A DNA stretch of 64,000 nt from Eledone cirrhosa (Eukaryota), in assembly GCA_964016885.1 (NCBI GenBank), contig OZ024751.1, forward strand, positions 9,548,001 to 9,612,000, in the 5' to 3' direction. Of the stretch, positions 26,724 to 44,569 are shown piece after piece. Every line of letters begins with the position of its first letter. Position 1 is the first letter of the stretch. The position numbers and the translations under genes are program-made. The notes below the pieces were generated by a model. It was given only the letters and a program-made list of their open reading frames with translations, had not been told where the DNA came from and made no database searches.

Positions 26724-28114
26724 ATGTATGTAAGTATGTTCGTATTATGTAAGTATGTATGTATTCTGTAACTAAGTATGTATGTGAGTTTGTTTCAGTT
26801 GTAGGTTTGTTTTTTTTAATCATTACCTCAAGTTTACTTACATTCCATTTTCTATATCACTACTCACATAAAATAAAACGAACACTTTCGATTTCAAATT
26901 GTTATTAAAAAAAAAGAAAGAAACGCAAAAATTGAATTTGTATACGCCATCTTCTTTTCTAAATTTAATCATTATGAATCTCTATTTTTTATTTTTTACT
27001 TCTAAATTTAAAATGTGTAAAACTATTTTCAATACCATATATGTGTTGATATTTTATTTTATTTTTATATATTTAGTTTTCGTTTCTCGTTCTCTCTTGT
27101 TAAATATTCTACACAGCGAACACATGTAAATACCAGCCCGCCTGTTGTGAAACAATTTATCACGTTCAAAACTACTTTGATTGAGTCAAATATTCAGTCA
27201 TTCTCTAGAACAATTAGCACCAAAGATATCTGTGATATAGACACTGAGGCTTTTTTTCTTTTCAACAAATGAAAATAGATAGATTAGTTCGCACATACAC
27301 CCACTATGAAACACACACTATGAAACAAATGAAAATGAAAACACACTCACACGACGTCACCCTCATTTGCACAGTCATAACACAACGATAGACTAGGTTG
27401 CTCTGCAACCAACTACGTCCCCGCTTCCGCAGGCTGGACTACTTGCCTGCCGACCTTATCCTGATAAACCTAATCTATTCTCAATCTTAAAACGTCTTCT
27501 TTCTCTTACCTTTATTCGTACATGATAAAGGACTAACATCCGACACGTTTCCAACAGGCAGCAAAATAATAAGACTGTAGTCGTATTGTATATATATATA
27601 ATATGTATAATATGATATAATATATATGTATATTATAATATAATATAATGTATAATATAATATATATATATATATATTATATATTTATATAATACATATA
27701 TATATAATATATATAATATAATATATATATATAATATAATATATATATATATACATACACACACATATATATATATATATATGTATAATATGATATAATA
27801 TATATATATATATTATAATAATATAATGTATAATATAATATATATATAACCCCATTATCGGGCTAAAATTCCTTTAGTCAAAAATACGGTGAAAGCTATT
27901 CTATTTTCTAATTTCAAAACTGCTCACTGTTTCAAAACATACTTACTTGATATATATATATATTATATATATATATATAATACATATATATATATAATAT
28001 AATATATATGTATATAATATAATATATATATACATACACACACATATATATATATATATATATTCATTTCGACCTTAGGTAGCGCTTTTGTTCCGTGTAT
28101 GAACACAAACATAA

Positions 28115-28204
<90 letters not shown>

Positions 28205-29264
28205 CACATATTTCTATGCATTTATCATGTATATATAATATTTATATGTATAAGCATGTACATGTGTATGTGAGTGTGTACATCAGTGTGTGTTTATCTG
28301 TATGCGTGAGTGCGTATGTGTACGTGTGAGTTTATATGTGCGTGTAAGTGTGTGTGTGTGATTGAATTTATGTACTGGCATACATTCTTACGTATACCAT
28401 GTTAGATCTCTAAAAAAAAATTGTTACGTCCAGATCAAATGTCATTTCACGCCTGACAAATGCCACTATATGGTAATTGTGTATAACAAAACCATGAAGT
28501 TGGCGTCACACAGACATCTAAAAGGAGAGTTTCTATATACAGAAGAGAAAGTGAAGGAAAAGAAATAATGGTACCTGGGTAGTTTCATTTCGTCCATTGT
28601 AAAAGAGAGAAACTTCCTCCAGCTAATACATGCTCCCTGCTTATACAGTCGAGGCATTTTAGCTTAGCTTACTGATTTCAAGGTTCGCCAATCATTTAAC
28701 ATGTGGTGCAGTGAACTGATATATTTGATTGTGTATATATGTTTGTCTATGTGTGAGTAAATGTGATGTCTCTTCGTGTTGTGTGTGTGTGTATATATAT
28801 GCGTCTGACTGTATTTTTGTTACTCTGTTTGGGTGTCAGTGTATGTGCCTGTGCTTTTGCGTATCTGTCTATGTCTATGTATATATGTTTCTTTTTATGT
28901 GTGTGTGTATATCTGTAGGTGAATGTCTGTGCATGTGCATTTTCTTGTCTATGTGTATGTATGTATGTGTGTATGTTGAAGCACACTTATTTCTCTGGAT
29001 CTGTGAAGCAAAGAAGCCAAGCCAATGATTCAGAAAGTGATGTTGTCGCTCTGATATTTCCAGCGTCAAGGGAGAGAATACACATGAAGTTCAAATGTCC
29101 CCGTTCCTTTTCTTTTAACTATGGATAGGAACTATAAAAAGATACAGAGCAGACTATTAACACTGAAAAAGAGTACGCTCCATTAACATAGAGATACAGT
29201 AGACACCCTTAACACCGAAAAACAGTACACACCCTTTACATAGTGATACATAGCACACTGTTAA

Positions 29265-30900
29265 CTTAACACAGAGGGATACAAAAGACTGTTAACTTAA
29301 CACAGAGGGATACAAAAGACTGTTAACTTAACACAGAGGGATACAAAAGACTGTTAACACAGAGGGATACAAAAGACTGTTAACTTAACACAGAGGGATA
29401 CAAAAGACTGTTAACTTAACACAGAGGGATACAAAAGACTGTTAACTTAACACAGAGGGATACAAAAGACTGTTAACACAGAGGGATACAAAAGACTGTT
29501 AACTTAACACAGAGGGATACAAAAGACTGTTAACTTAACACAGAGGGATTCAAAAGACTGTTAACTGAACACAGAGGGATACAAAAGACTGTTAACACAG
29601 AGGGATACAAAAGACTGTTAACACAGAGGGATACAAAAGACTGTTAACTTAACACAGAGGGATACAAAAGACTGTTAACTTAACACAGAAGGATACAAAA
29701 GATTGTTAACTTAACACAGAGGGATACAAAAGACTGTTAACACAGAGGGATACAAAAGACTGTTAACTTAACACAGAGGGATACAAAAGAATGTTAACTT
29801 AACACGGAGGGATTCAAAAGACTGTTAACTTAACACAGTGGGATACAAAAGACTGTTAACACAGAGGGATACAAAAGACTGTTAACACAGAGGGATACAA
29901 AAGACTGTTAACACAGAGGGATACAAAAGACTGTTAACTTAACACAGAGGGATACAAAAGACTGTTAACTTAACACAGAGGGATACAAAAGACTGTTAAC
30001 ACAGAGGGATACAACAGACTGTTAACTTAACACAGAGGGATACAAAAGACTGTTAACACAGAGGGATACAAAAGACTGTTAACTTAACACAGAGAGATAC
30101 AAAAGACTTTTAACTTAACACAGAGGGATACAAAAGACTGTTAACTTAAAACAGAGGGATACAAAAGACTGTTAACTTAACACAGAGGGATACAAAAGAC
30201 TGTTAACACAGAGGGATTCAAAAGACTGTTAACTGAACACAGAGGGATACAAAAGACTGTTAACACAGAGGGATACAAAAGACTGTTAACTTAACACAGA
30301 GGGATACAAAAGACTGTTAACACAGAGGGATTCAAAAGACTGTTAACTGAACACAGAGGGATACAAACGACTGTTAACACAGAGGGATACAAAAGACTGT
30401 TAACTTAACACAGAGGGATACAAAAGACTGTTAACTAAACACAGAGTGATACAAAAGACTGTTAACACAGAGGGATACAAAAGACTGTTAACTTAACACA
30501 GAGGGATACAAAAGACTGTTAACACAGAGGGATACAAAAGACTGGTAACACAGAGGGACACAAAAGACTGTTAACACAGAGGGACACAAAAGACTGTTAA
30601 CTTAACACAGAGGGATACAAAAGACTGTTAACTTAACACAGAGAGATACAAAAGACTGTTAACACAGAGGGATACAAAAGACTGTTATCACAGAGGGATA
30701 CAAAAGACTGTTAACACAGAGGGACACAAAAGATTGTTAACTTAATACAGGGGTACACAAAAGAGTGTTAACTTAATACAGGGTGACACAATAAACTGTT
30801 AACACAGAAGGACACAAAACCTGTTAACGTAGAGGGACACAAAACCTGTTAACTTAACACAGAAGGATACAAAAGGCTGCTAACTTAACATAGGGGGACA
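29265..30900. repeat. Minisatellite A, 31-bp unit aacttaacacagagggatacaaaagactgtt (26-bp variant lacking ttaac)
   Basis: Direct reading, over 50 units. Confidence 0.95.
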
Positions 30901-30939
30901 CAAAAAACTTAACTTAACATAGAAGTACACAAAAGACTG

Positions 30940-32640
30940 TTCACTTAACACAGAGACACACGACAAATACTTAACACCGAGAGACACGACAAACAATTCA
31001 CACAGGATTACACGACAAACAATTAACTTAACACAGAGATACACGACAAACAGATAGCTTAACACAGAGATACACGACAAACAGATAACTTAACACAGAG
31101 ATACACGACAAACAGTTAACTTCACACAGAAATACACGACAAACAGATAACTTAATACAGAGATACACGACAAACAGATAACTTCACACACAAATACACG
31201 ACAAACAGATAACTTCACACAGAGATACACGCCAAACAATTAACTTCACACAGAGATACACGCCAAACAGTTAACTTCACACAGAGATACACGACAAACA
31301 GATAACTTCACACAGAAATACACGACAAACAGTTAACTTAACACAGAAATACACGACAAACAGATAGCTTCACACAGAAATACACGACAAACAGTTAACT
31401 TCACACAGAAATACACGACAAACAGTTAACTTAACACAGAAATACACGACAAACAGATAACTTCACACAGAAATACACGACAAACAGATAACTTAACACA
31501 GAAATACACGACAAACAGTTAACTTCACACAGAAATACACGACAAACAGTTAACTTAACACAAAAATACACGACAAACAGATAACTTCACACAGAAATAC
31601 ACGACAAACAGATAACTTCACACAGAAATACACGACAAACAGTTAACTTCACACAGAAATACACGACAAACAGTTAACTTAACACAGAAATACACGACAA
31701 ACAGATAACTTCACACAGAAATACACGACAAACAGATAACTTAACACAGAAATACACGACAAACAGTTAACTTCACACAGAAATACACGACAAACAGTTA
31801 ACTTAACACAGAGATACACGCCAAACAGTTAACTTCACACAGAGATACACGCCAAACAGTTAACTTCACACAGAGATACACGACAAACAGATAACTTCAC
31901 ACAGAAATACACGACAAACAGTTAACTTAACACAGAAATACACGACAAACAGTTAACTTAACACAGAGATACACGACAAACAGATAACTTCACACAGAAA
32001 TACACGACAAACAGTTAACTTCACACAGAAATACACGACAAACAGTTAACTTAACACAGAAATACACGACAAACAGATAACTTCACACAGAAATACACGA
32101 CAAACAGATAACTTCACACAGAAATACACGACAAACAGATAACTTCACACAGAAATACACGACAAACAGATAACTTCACACAGAAATACACGACAAACAG
32201 ATAACTTCACACAGAAATACACGACAAACAGTTAACTTAACACAGAAATACACGACAAACAGATAACTTCACACAGAAATACACGACAAACAGATAACTT
32301 AACACAGAAATACACGACAAACAGTTAACTTCACACAGAAATACACGACAAACAGTTAACTTAACACAGAGATACACGCCAAACAGTTAACTTCACACAG
32401 AGATACACGCCAAACAGTTAACTTCACACAGAGATACACGACAAACAGATAACTTCACACAGAAATACACGACAAACAGTTAACTTAACACAGAAATACA
32501 CGACAAACAGTTAACTTAACACAGAGATACACGACAAACAGATAACTTCACACAGAAATACACGACAAACAGATAACTTCACACAGAAATACACGACAAT
32601 CAGTTAACTTAACACAGAGATACACGACAAAGTCTTACTA
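30940..32640. repeat. Minisatellite B, 31-bp unit aactt(a/c)acacaga(a/g)atacacgacaaacag(a/t)t
   Basis: Direct reading, over 50 units. Confidence 0.95.
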
Positions 32641-33374
32641 TAGAGATACTGTGCATTCACTTAACACAAAGATACACGACACAACTCTTAAAGTAGAGAA
32701 ACACGACAAATACTTAACACACTCTTTATATAGAGATACAACACACACTCTTTACGTAAGGTAGATATATTGTACCCCACATTAAGAGAAAAGGGTCATT
32801 GTTTAACTACGTATTTCTGCTTCTGGAGCAGAGTTTGATTCGCCCCTACCTGGATATAAATGAGATCTACTTCCCCTGCCAGTACCAGCACACAATTCAG
32901 AAAACATGAAAATCACTAAATACACATATTAATACACACTAAATACACATATTTGAAACAACACCAACCCCACCCACATCGCAACCGTCAACACAATCAG
33001 CACTAGCACCAACAACAACACTACCACAACTATAACTACCCACAACCAAAATGAAACTTGCACAAGAACAACACAAGCATAGACACAAAATCAACAACAA
33101 TTAAGCACAAATTCACAGAATTTTGTGCTAATGAGGAAAACAAACGAAAGACTGATGTCCTACAAAGTGAAACACAGTGGGGTGTGTTAGTACCAGCAAA
33201 TAAAAGGTGCTACAAACTCTGAAAATGGAGTGAATACCTGTAGGTACTTATAAAACTATGAGGGCGATCTTCCCATAATACGTTAGGACACCAAACGTAA
33301 AAGCCACCAGTAGGCAATTAAAGTGGTCCCCCAAAGAACAGTGTGCGTTGGGATATAACCGACGAAATCTTGAC

Positions 33375-33855
33375 CACATTTTGCGTAACATTCTAGATAA
33401 GGGTAGAGAGTAAATCTGACTTCGGTGGAACTCAAATCAATTTGGATCAAACGAAAGTTTTAGATAGGGTCGACGATCGCTACTTAGGAGCTTTCCTCAA
33501 GTCAGCTTGATTCGGTCAGCTTGATTCGGTCCCGTTTTCAGAACTTGGATCGCTTCAATACATAGGGCATCTACATCTAGTGGTTTGAGTAAATGACCAC
33601 CTACCAGAACCGTTTCAGATCCCGAGTTGTATACGTCACGGAATACCCTCTTTTCTCCCTTGTATATGTGCTGTCACTCGAGCGACTACTGCGGAAGCTG
33701 GTGCTGCGAAGAGAACACCGTTGGAATTGTAACGTGGAAAGCCTGCGTCGGTATTTCCAGATAACCTCACCATGATGCCAAGCAGCTCAGATATCGAGCT
33801 GGTCGGCAAGTTATTAGAAGAGTACGAAACGTTGATGACAAAGCCATTTAACAAT
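33375..33855 (+). mobile_element. Decayed L1/Tx1-like LINE RT fragment
   Basis: Frameshifted INLDQTKVLDRVDDRYL..FGPVFRTWI..VNDHLPEPFQI..IRHG/YPLFSLVYVLSLERLLRKL..SVFPDNLT..IELVGKLLEEYE corresponds to DxxKAFDRV, RQGCPLSP and YADD motifs. Confidence 0.75.
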
Positions 33856-34074
33856 TACAGTTAAAACCAGACATAAGCACAGGGACAAGATGATGAGTGC
33901 CCTATATATGGGTTTTATTTATAAATTATTGATTTGGCTAAAGTACCAGGAGTCGGCTCGAAATTGTTGTTCTTTATTGGGAGGAAGTGCTATTTTGTAC
34001 TTTGTTGTTTTCGTGAGTCAAATTTGATGGAGATATATATTTATATGATGGATATGTATAAATTGTACTGTGTG

Positions 34075-34160
34075 TAAATATATATATATATATAGTTGTG
34101 TGTGTGTATATATATATATATATGTATATATTTGTGTATATATATATAATACATATATAT

Positions 34161-34217
<57 letters not shown>

Positions 34218-34243
34218 CATATATATATATATATATAATATAT

Positions 34244-34281
<38 letters not shown>

Positions 34282-34583
34282 ATACATATATATATATATA
34301 TATATATAATACATATATATATATATATATAATACATATATATATATATATATAATACATATATATATATATAATACATATATATATATATATATATAAA
34401 ATACATATATATATATATATATAAAATACATATATATATATATGATACATCTATATATGCAAATCCGTATGCATATATATTAGGGTGCATGTGTGTACGT
34501 ACATTTGTCTGTGTATACGTGTGTACGGATTGTGTGCGCGTACATGTGTGTATGTATGTATGTATGTATGTGTGTGTGCGCGC

Positions 34584-34682
<99 letters not shown>

Positions 34683-34706
34683 TGTGTGTGTGTGTGTGTG
34701 TGTGTG
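34075..34706. repeat. (TA)n/(TG)n microsatellite block
   Basis: Direct reading. Confidence 0.95.
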
Positions 34707-35086
34707 CAGAAATTCAATTTTAGCAATGCAGTGATATTTTGTCTGTCTAAACTTATTTCATTTCATATCTCAGCGAACAGCTTTTATTAGTTGGCCAGCA
34801 GTTTTATTTAATTACGTTCCTGACATTGCACAAAAGGCTGTTTACCAGCGAAATATTGTCTCTTATACTTAGCTACTATTTACACTGGTGATGCGAAAAT
34901 ACTTTCACTATCTGGTTACAGATTTATAGGGATACGGAGAGCAGGGGAAGGGCAGAGAGAACCTGAGAGAGAGAGACAGAGACACAACGTGAGTGAAGAG
35001 AGAGAGAGGGGGCAGAGAGAGAGAGAGTGACAGAGACACAATGTTAGTGAAGAGAGAGAGAGAGAGAGAAAAGAGAGAGAGCGGGC

Positions 35087-35117
<31 letters not shown>

Positions 35118-35937
35118 GAGAGTGACAGAGACACAATGTTAGTGAAGAGAGAGAGACACGAAGAGAGGTAAACAGAGAGAAAGAGATAGTGAGAGCTATA
35201 AAGAGAGAGACTGAATGAGACACACAAAGCGGGAGAAACACGGACGCAAAGAGAGGGACATACGGGAAGATTAGAGAGAGAGAGAGAAAGAGACACACAC
35301 ATACACTAACACATACACACACAAATACAAACACACACATATTTATACACATATACACACACACATATACACACGTTCACACACACAGAAACACATACGT
35401 ATACACACACGCACACAAACACATACACACACACACACACAAACACACTCACAAACACATACACACATACACGCACACACATACACACACACATACACAC
35501 ACAGACAACCACACAAACACACACACAAACACGCACACATGCACACATACAGACACACATACACACATACACACATACATACGCACATAGACAAGCACAC
35601 ACACTCACATCCAAAGCGGGGGAAAGTACAAGGAAGAACTTGACATGATGTTGTCTAATATACAAGCTTCAACTAACAGAACTGCTGTGCTTTTTGTTGT
35701 TTCAGCTTCTCTAACTAATAAACTACAACAACTGTTTTGTCTCTGTAGCTATCAGCAGTCATTCAGAATTGTCAGTTTTATTAGATCTTACACAGCATTC
35801 AAATAGATTCATATTTTCCAGTGATTCACTTTCATTTTCATATTTATATTTTTGTCTTTCTCCCAGTTCCTTTTGATTATTTTTTTACAGAGACTCTGAT
35901 GGGAGTGCAAGAAGGGAACGGCTTGCGCAATAGCTAG

Positions 35938-35939
<2 letters not shown>

Positions 35940-36024
<85 letters not shown>

Positions 36025-36044
36025 TGTATGTATGTGTATATATG

Positions 36045-36083
<39 letters not shown>

Positions 36084-36094
36084 ATGTGTGTGTG

Positions 36095-36129
<35 letters not shown>

Positions 36130-36156
36130 CTGTGTCTGTGTGTGTGTGAGTGCATG

Positions 36157-36225
<69 letters not shown>

Positions 36226-36230
36226 TTGTA

Positions 36231-36289
<59 letters not shown>

Positions 36290-36455
36290 CTGTGTGTGAG
36301 TGAGTGTATGTATGTGTATACATATATATATATATATTTATATATATATATATGTGTGGCGGGGTATGTAAGACGCTAACACGTACACGTATCTATGAAT
36401 ATGCAAACACACACACACACACACACATACATATACACACACACATTTATGTATG

Positions 36456-36535
<80 letters not shown>
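35940..36535. repeat. Alternating (TG)n/(TA)n block
   Basis: Direct reading. Confidence 0.95.
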
Positions 36536-36619
36536 AATTATTAAAAAATTTCCTGTTTTCATATTTTTTGCTCCAATATTGATATATATTTTAGTTTTAT
36601 TTGATTTTATACTTATATA

Positions 36620-37330
36620 CATGAACATGTATGTGTGTATAACGTACATATATCTGTGTATTATGAACAAAATAGCTGTGTATTACAAACATATATGTGT
36701 GTATTACGTACATATATCTGTGTATTACGAACATGTATGTATGTATTACGTACATATATCTGTGTATTACGAACATGTATGTATGTATTACGAACATATA
36801 TGTGTGTATTACGAACATATATGTGTGCATTACGTACATATAAGTGCGTAATACATGCATATATCTATGTAGGACGAACATATATCTGTGTATTACGAAC
36901 ATATATGTGTGTATTACGAACATATATATGTGTATTACGTACATATATCTGTGAATTACGAACATATATGTGTGTGTATTACGAACATATTTGTGTATAT
37001 TACGTACATATATATGTGTATTACAAACATATATGTGTGTATTACGTACATATATCTGTGTATTACGAACATATATGTCTGTATTACGAACATATATGTG
37101 TGTATTACGAACATATCTCTGTGCATTACGAACATATGTGTTTATTACGAACATATATGTGTGTATTACGTACATATATCTGTCAATACGAACATATATG
37201 TGTGTATTACGTACATATATATGTGTATTACGTACATATATGTGTGTATTACGTACATATATCTGTGTATTATGAACATTTCTCTTTGTATTTTGAACAT
37301 ATATGTGTACATTACGAACATATATGTGAG
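36620..37330. repeat. 21-bp minisatellite tattacg(a/t)acatatatgtgtg
   Basis: Direct reading; explains the YYEHICV/VLRTYMC ORFs. Confidence 0.95.
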
Positions 37331-37374
37331 TATGTGTTTCTCTGAGCATAATATATATCCGTATAACATAAAAT

Positions 37375-37473
<99 letters not shown>

Positions 37474-37493
37474 GCATATATATATATGTATAT

Positions 37494-38599
<1,106 letters not shown>

Positions 38600-38878
38600 C
38601 TTGACTCTGTATACCGTTTATCTTTCACCGAAAGTGATTTTTCATTACATTTCTTCTTTCCATGATATCCGGAATACATTGAGTTCTTCATACGGATTGG
38701 ACACTACCGTAAACTCTTGGTAGATTTATCTACATATATATATATATGTATATATATATATATGTATATATACATATATATCCAGGGAGTGGAACGTGAA
38801 GTTACTGTAGGTTCACCCAGGTAAGTACTCACGTCGGTAGCGAGGTGTAGAGCTAGACAGAGTACAATATATATTTAC

Positions 38879-39016
<138 letters not shown>

Positions 39017-39154
39017 GTATATATATGTATATATATATATATGTATATATATGTATATATATATGTATATGTATATGTATATATATATATGTATATATAT
39101 ATGTATATGTATATGTGTATATATATATGTATATATATATATATATATATATGG

Positions 39155-39186
<32 letters not shown>

Positions 39187-39211
39187 GTATATATATATAT
39201 ATATGGATATA

Positions 39212-39625
39212 TGTCACGTGTTCGATTCTTTTTGAATTTGCCACAGACGTAGAGGCAGTGATTTTCTCAATGGCTTGGAATTCAGTCCACGCTTCGCTAT
39301 TTCCTATCCACTGAATTATTTTTTAATAAGTTTCCAGTGTCCTCGCTTTGCCTGGAAACTTACATGAGAATAGATTTTCCTGACGACGGAATGCTCCTCT
39401 GTATTATTCTTCGGAAAATATATTTACTCCATTCCAGAAACTAATTAGTTGGAAGTGATATTTTAGTAAGTAAGTTAATTTTATAATTTTCTTATTTTAC
39501 GTCCATTATATTATTGTTCTGCAACCCCATGCATTGAACCACACTGTTATTAAGACAAAACCTATATATTTGCTAGCATTGATATGCATCTGTATGTATA
39601 TATATGTTACTAGATATGAATTCTT
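39212..39625 (+). mobile_element. Hammerhead-bearing non-coding element family B, copy 1, between long (TA)n tracts
   Basis: Highly similar to the reverse complement of 45901-46311. Confidence 0.8.
39374..39456 (+). ncRNA. Type I hammerhead motif (family B copy 1)
   Basis: attttc-CTGACGA-c ggaatg...cattcc a-GAAA-ctaattaGTT-ggaagt; stem I pairs with two G-U wobbles. Confidence 0.75.
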
Positions 39626-39629
39626 TATT

Positions 39630-40304
<675 letters not shown>

Positions 40305-40318
40305 AAAGGTATGTTATT

Positions 40319-40443
40319 CCGGGTTGAATCGGAGGTAACCACAGTAACTAAGTAAGGTGCTCAATACATAGCAGAGTATAAAAGTTTTAATGTAGATGAG
40401 ATTCTACAAGACTAGAACTGTTTCATTCTTTAGAAATCATCAG
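40319..40443 (-). mobile_element. Family A repeat; minus strand begins at a hammerhead core
   Basis: Minus strand: CTGATGA-tttctaaagaat-GAAA-caGTT-ctagtc, then a tail ending tactgtggttacctccgattcaacccgg; the 5' strand of stem I is absent. Confidence 0.65.
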
Positions 40444-40445
40444 AT

Positions 40446-40476
<31 letters not shown>

Positions 40477-40592
40477 TATAAATATATATATACATATGTA
40501 TATATATATATGTATATATATATGTAAATATATATATATATATATTTACATATATGTATACAATATATTTATATATAATATCATATATACAT

Positions 40593-40646
<54 letters not shown>

Positions 40647-41120
40647 ATGATATTATATATAAATATATGGTATACATATATGTAAATATTTTTTACATAC
40701 ATTTAAGCATGTGTAATTTGTATGGTCGAATGTTTGTGCCTTTGTGAGTATTTATATGTGTAAATGTGTGTGTAAATGTGTTTGTTTGTCTGACTATCTA
40801 CACGCTCCCTCACAAAAGTCCTCAACTTATTAGTGCAATGTATTGCATTGTTTTAACAAAAGTCGATAGGACATTTCAGAATGATCTGCTAGCTATGTTA
40901 GTGGCCATCTAAGTGGTATATATATATATACATACCTAAACATGTGCATATATACACATATATATATACATAAATATATACCTACATATGTACATAAAGA
41001 CACTGAAAAGTAAATATATATATATATATATACATACCTACATACCTAAACATGTGCATATATATATACATATATATACATAAATATATACCTAAATATG
41101 TACATAAAGACACTGAAATG

Positions 41121-41173
<53 letters not shown>

Positions 41174-41593
41174 TTCTGTGTGTATGTATATACATTATAT
41201 ATGAATATTTCCAGATAAGTTTTAGGTATGATTTTCCGTATTTATCCTTTGATTGAAATATTGATTGTTCTTCCGGTATCTTATCTCTGTTTTTAGCCTA
41301 AGAAAATATCTATATTCGTGTATAAATAATACATGCATATATTTATTTTTTTATATCTTATTGAGTTCTTCACGCATGGTTAAAATTATTGAAAGAATTA
41401 ATTGACCCGCGTGCATATTATTTTATTATTTTATGTTTTGCGATGACTTCCCCTTTCCGCTTGATGGCAGGGTGAAATTTCTCATTGTGAGACTGCTGGA
41501 ATTTCAAATTTGGCGGTCATTCTAGCACGGAGGGGTACCATCGCTGAACATTAATATCGGTAAGGTTTTTTTTATATCGATATTTGTCGGGCA

Positions 41594-41715
41594 TCCATTG
41601 ATGATTTATAAGTGCCCACCTACATATATTCCTACGGACTATGTGTAGGCTTCTACATAACCAGGACATTATTTTCCCAATTTGTAGAAAACTTAAAATG
41701 AAACGATCGTTTGGA
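41594..41715 (+). ncRNA. Type I hammerhead motif with branched stem II (C3-to-U variant)
   Basis: tcca-TTGATGA-tttataagt[hairpins cctacatat..atgtgtagg and ttctaca..tgtagaa]acttaaaat-GAAA-cgatcGTT-tgga. Confidence 0.65.
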
Positions 41716-41892
41716 AAGAGAGATGTATTTTAATTATGTCTCATATAAAATAATACAACTGGCTATCCGCAAAATACGTATAGTTAGCACCCCAAACGTA
41801 TAATTGGGATTATACTAAGGTATATCCTAATGTTTGTTGAGTGAGACGGAAGCCGGTCGGAGTATTGCTTAAAGATTTCTCTGTTAATGTAT

Positions 41893-41966
<74 letters not shown>

Positions 41967-42016
41967 CCTAAATATGTACATAAAGACACTCAAAACGAAA
42001 TATATACGTGTGTATA

Positions 42017-42072
<56 letters not shown>

Positions 42073-42374
42073 CCTAAATATGTACATAAAGACACTGAAA
42101 AGCAAATATATATGTGTGTATATACATATACCCACACATACGAAACACAGTTAACGCTGATCTAGTTACACACTTCAATTTCGGCACAATCCTCAGGCTA
42201 AAAGGAAAATATGATCAAAACAGAAAGTTAAAATCGAATTACTTTATCATTCTCTTAAGATTCTTAGTGATAAAATTATAATAAACTGAAGACAAACTGC
42301 GAGATACAGTCATGTGTGAATGTACTAAATGGAGATGTAAAGACAAGCAAAACGTGTGTAATTAAATTCTTAAA

Positions 42375-43050
42375 CAAGCACCATATACTTTCTTAAAAAT
42401 CTTAAACAAGCTCTCTATACTTTCCTAAAAACTTTAAAAAGCTCCATATACTTTCCTAAACATCTTAAACAAGATCTATATACTTTCCTAAAAATCTTAG
42501 GCAAGCTCTTCTGTATACTTTCCTAAAAATCTTAGACAAGCTCTTCTGTATACTTTCCTATAAATCTTAGGCAAGCTCTTCTGTATACTTTCCTAAAAAT
42601 CTTAGACAAGCTCTTCTGTATACTTTCCTAAAAATCTTAGACAAGCTCTTCTGTATACTTTCCTAAAAATCTTAGGCAAGCTCTTCTGTATACTTTCCTA
42701 AAAATCTTAGACAAGCTCTTCTGTATACTTTCCTAAAAATCTTAGACAAGCTCTTCTGTATACTTTCCTAAAAATCTTAGACAAGCTCTTCTGTATACTT
42801 TCCTAAAAATCTTAGACAAGCTCTTCTGTATACTTTCCTAAAAATCTTAGACGAGCTCTTCTGTATACTTTCCTAAAAATCTTAGACAAGCTCTTCTGTA
42901 TACTTTCCTAAAAATCTTAGACGAGCTCTTCTGTATACTTTCCTAAAAATCTTAGACAAGCTCTTCTGTATACTTTCCTAAAAATCTTAGACAAGCTCTT
43001 CTGTATACTTTCCTAAAAATCTTAGACGAGCTCTTCTGTATACTTTCCTA
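42375..43050. repeat. 35-bp minisatellite tactttcctaaaaatcttagacaagctcttctgta
   Basis: About 16 near-identical units plus degenerate units at the left edge. Confidence 0.95.
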
Positions 43051-43807
43051 TATATATATAATATTCCTCTCCCTGTCTCTCACTTACTCTCTCCCTCCCT
43101 CTTTCTATCTATCTATATTTCTCTCTGTCACTCACATTCTCTATCTATCTATATATCTATTCTAGGAGCAAAAATATTGTGTTCAGCCCAACACATTACT
43201 AGTAACAGAGAATATACTTGAACACGGCCGTGTCTACTGTTTTTGTTTCTCTTCTACAAATCCTCTAAAAAAAAGCACCCTTTGTACCCCTCCCAGCATC
43301 CCTTTCAGTTATTTTCAAACCCAAATCATCCTGATCTCTTGAAACAAGGGGTACGCACACACAAACACAAGACAAAAGGAAAATTCTATATTTGCACTTA
43401 GCTTTTTTTATCTACTTTCACAAAACCCGAAAACAACCTGACCTTTTGACACAAAGTTTTGGCACAATTGAACCCCAACTAAATACTCACATAAACACAC
43501 ACATCAAAAATGTCATCTAAGTCATTAATGTAAATAGTAACAGAATTTTCTATTTTAACCAAGTGAATTCAACTGAACCCTGGCTTGTTGAAACCCACTA
43601 TATCACTGAACATTCAGGAAGAACATATATATAAGACATTTTGACAGAAAATTCACATATGTTTAAACTGCTCACAGGGCGGTGGAGCGTCAGATGACAT
43701 AAGGTAGCATGCATATGTGTTGAGATCTTATTCGTATAATATATTTTGGCTATGTACGTTACATAGAGCGCTTTTTTCCTTGGTCTATTCTTCGGAAACT
43801 CTTAGCA

Positions 43808-44049
<242 letters not shown>

Positions 44050-44187
44050 CGGGTTTAAACGGGGGTAACCACAGTAAGTAAGGTAGACAATACATAGTAG
44101 ACTATATACAATATTTAACATAGAAATGGATTTCCTGATGATTTCCTTCGAATGAAAGAGTTCTAGTCCTGTAAAAGATTTCTGTAT
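44050..44187. mobile_element. Family A repeat with an internal orientation switch; plus-strand hammerhead core at 44135-44169
   Basis: Inverted tail ggggtaaccacagtaagtaagg, then CTGATGA-tttccttcgaat-GAAA-gaGTT-ctagtcc. Confidence 0.65.
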
Positions 44188-44212
44188 TATATATATACAT
44201 ATATATATAGCG

Positions 44213-44266
<54 letters not shown>

Positions 44267-44512
44267 GTGGGAGTATTACGTTTTAGCTTCGAACATAGCT
44301 ATATACAAATATGTATTTGAATTTCGTATTTCTAAAGAAATACGGTATATTTATAAATAAACATTTAGAAAGCCACAGCTGTGAATAACACACTATCAGC
44401 TAACGCCACCAGTTGGTACCCGGCAGAAGCAAGGGAGACAATTGTCGATGCATTGCGAACTGAACTGGTTATCGTCTGGACAATCTCTCCCACTCTTGCA
44501 ACTGCCGAAATT

Positions 44513-44569
<57 letters not shown>

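Noticed and set aside
41438-41495. Hammerhead-like cgatga..ccct..agggtgaaa
   Set aside because: Core altered, and stems I and III cannot be assigned.
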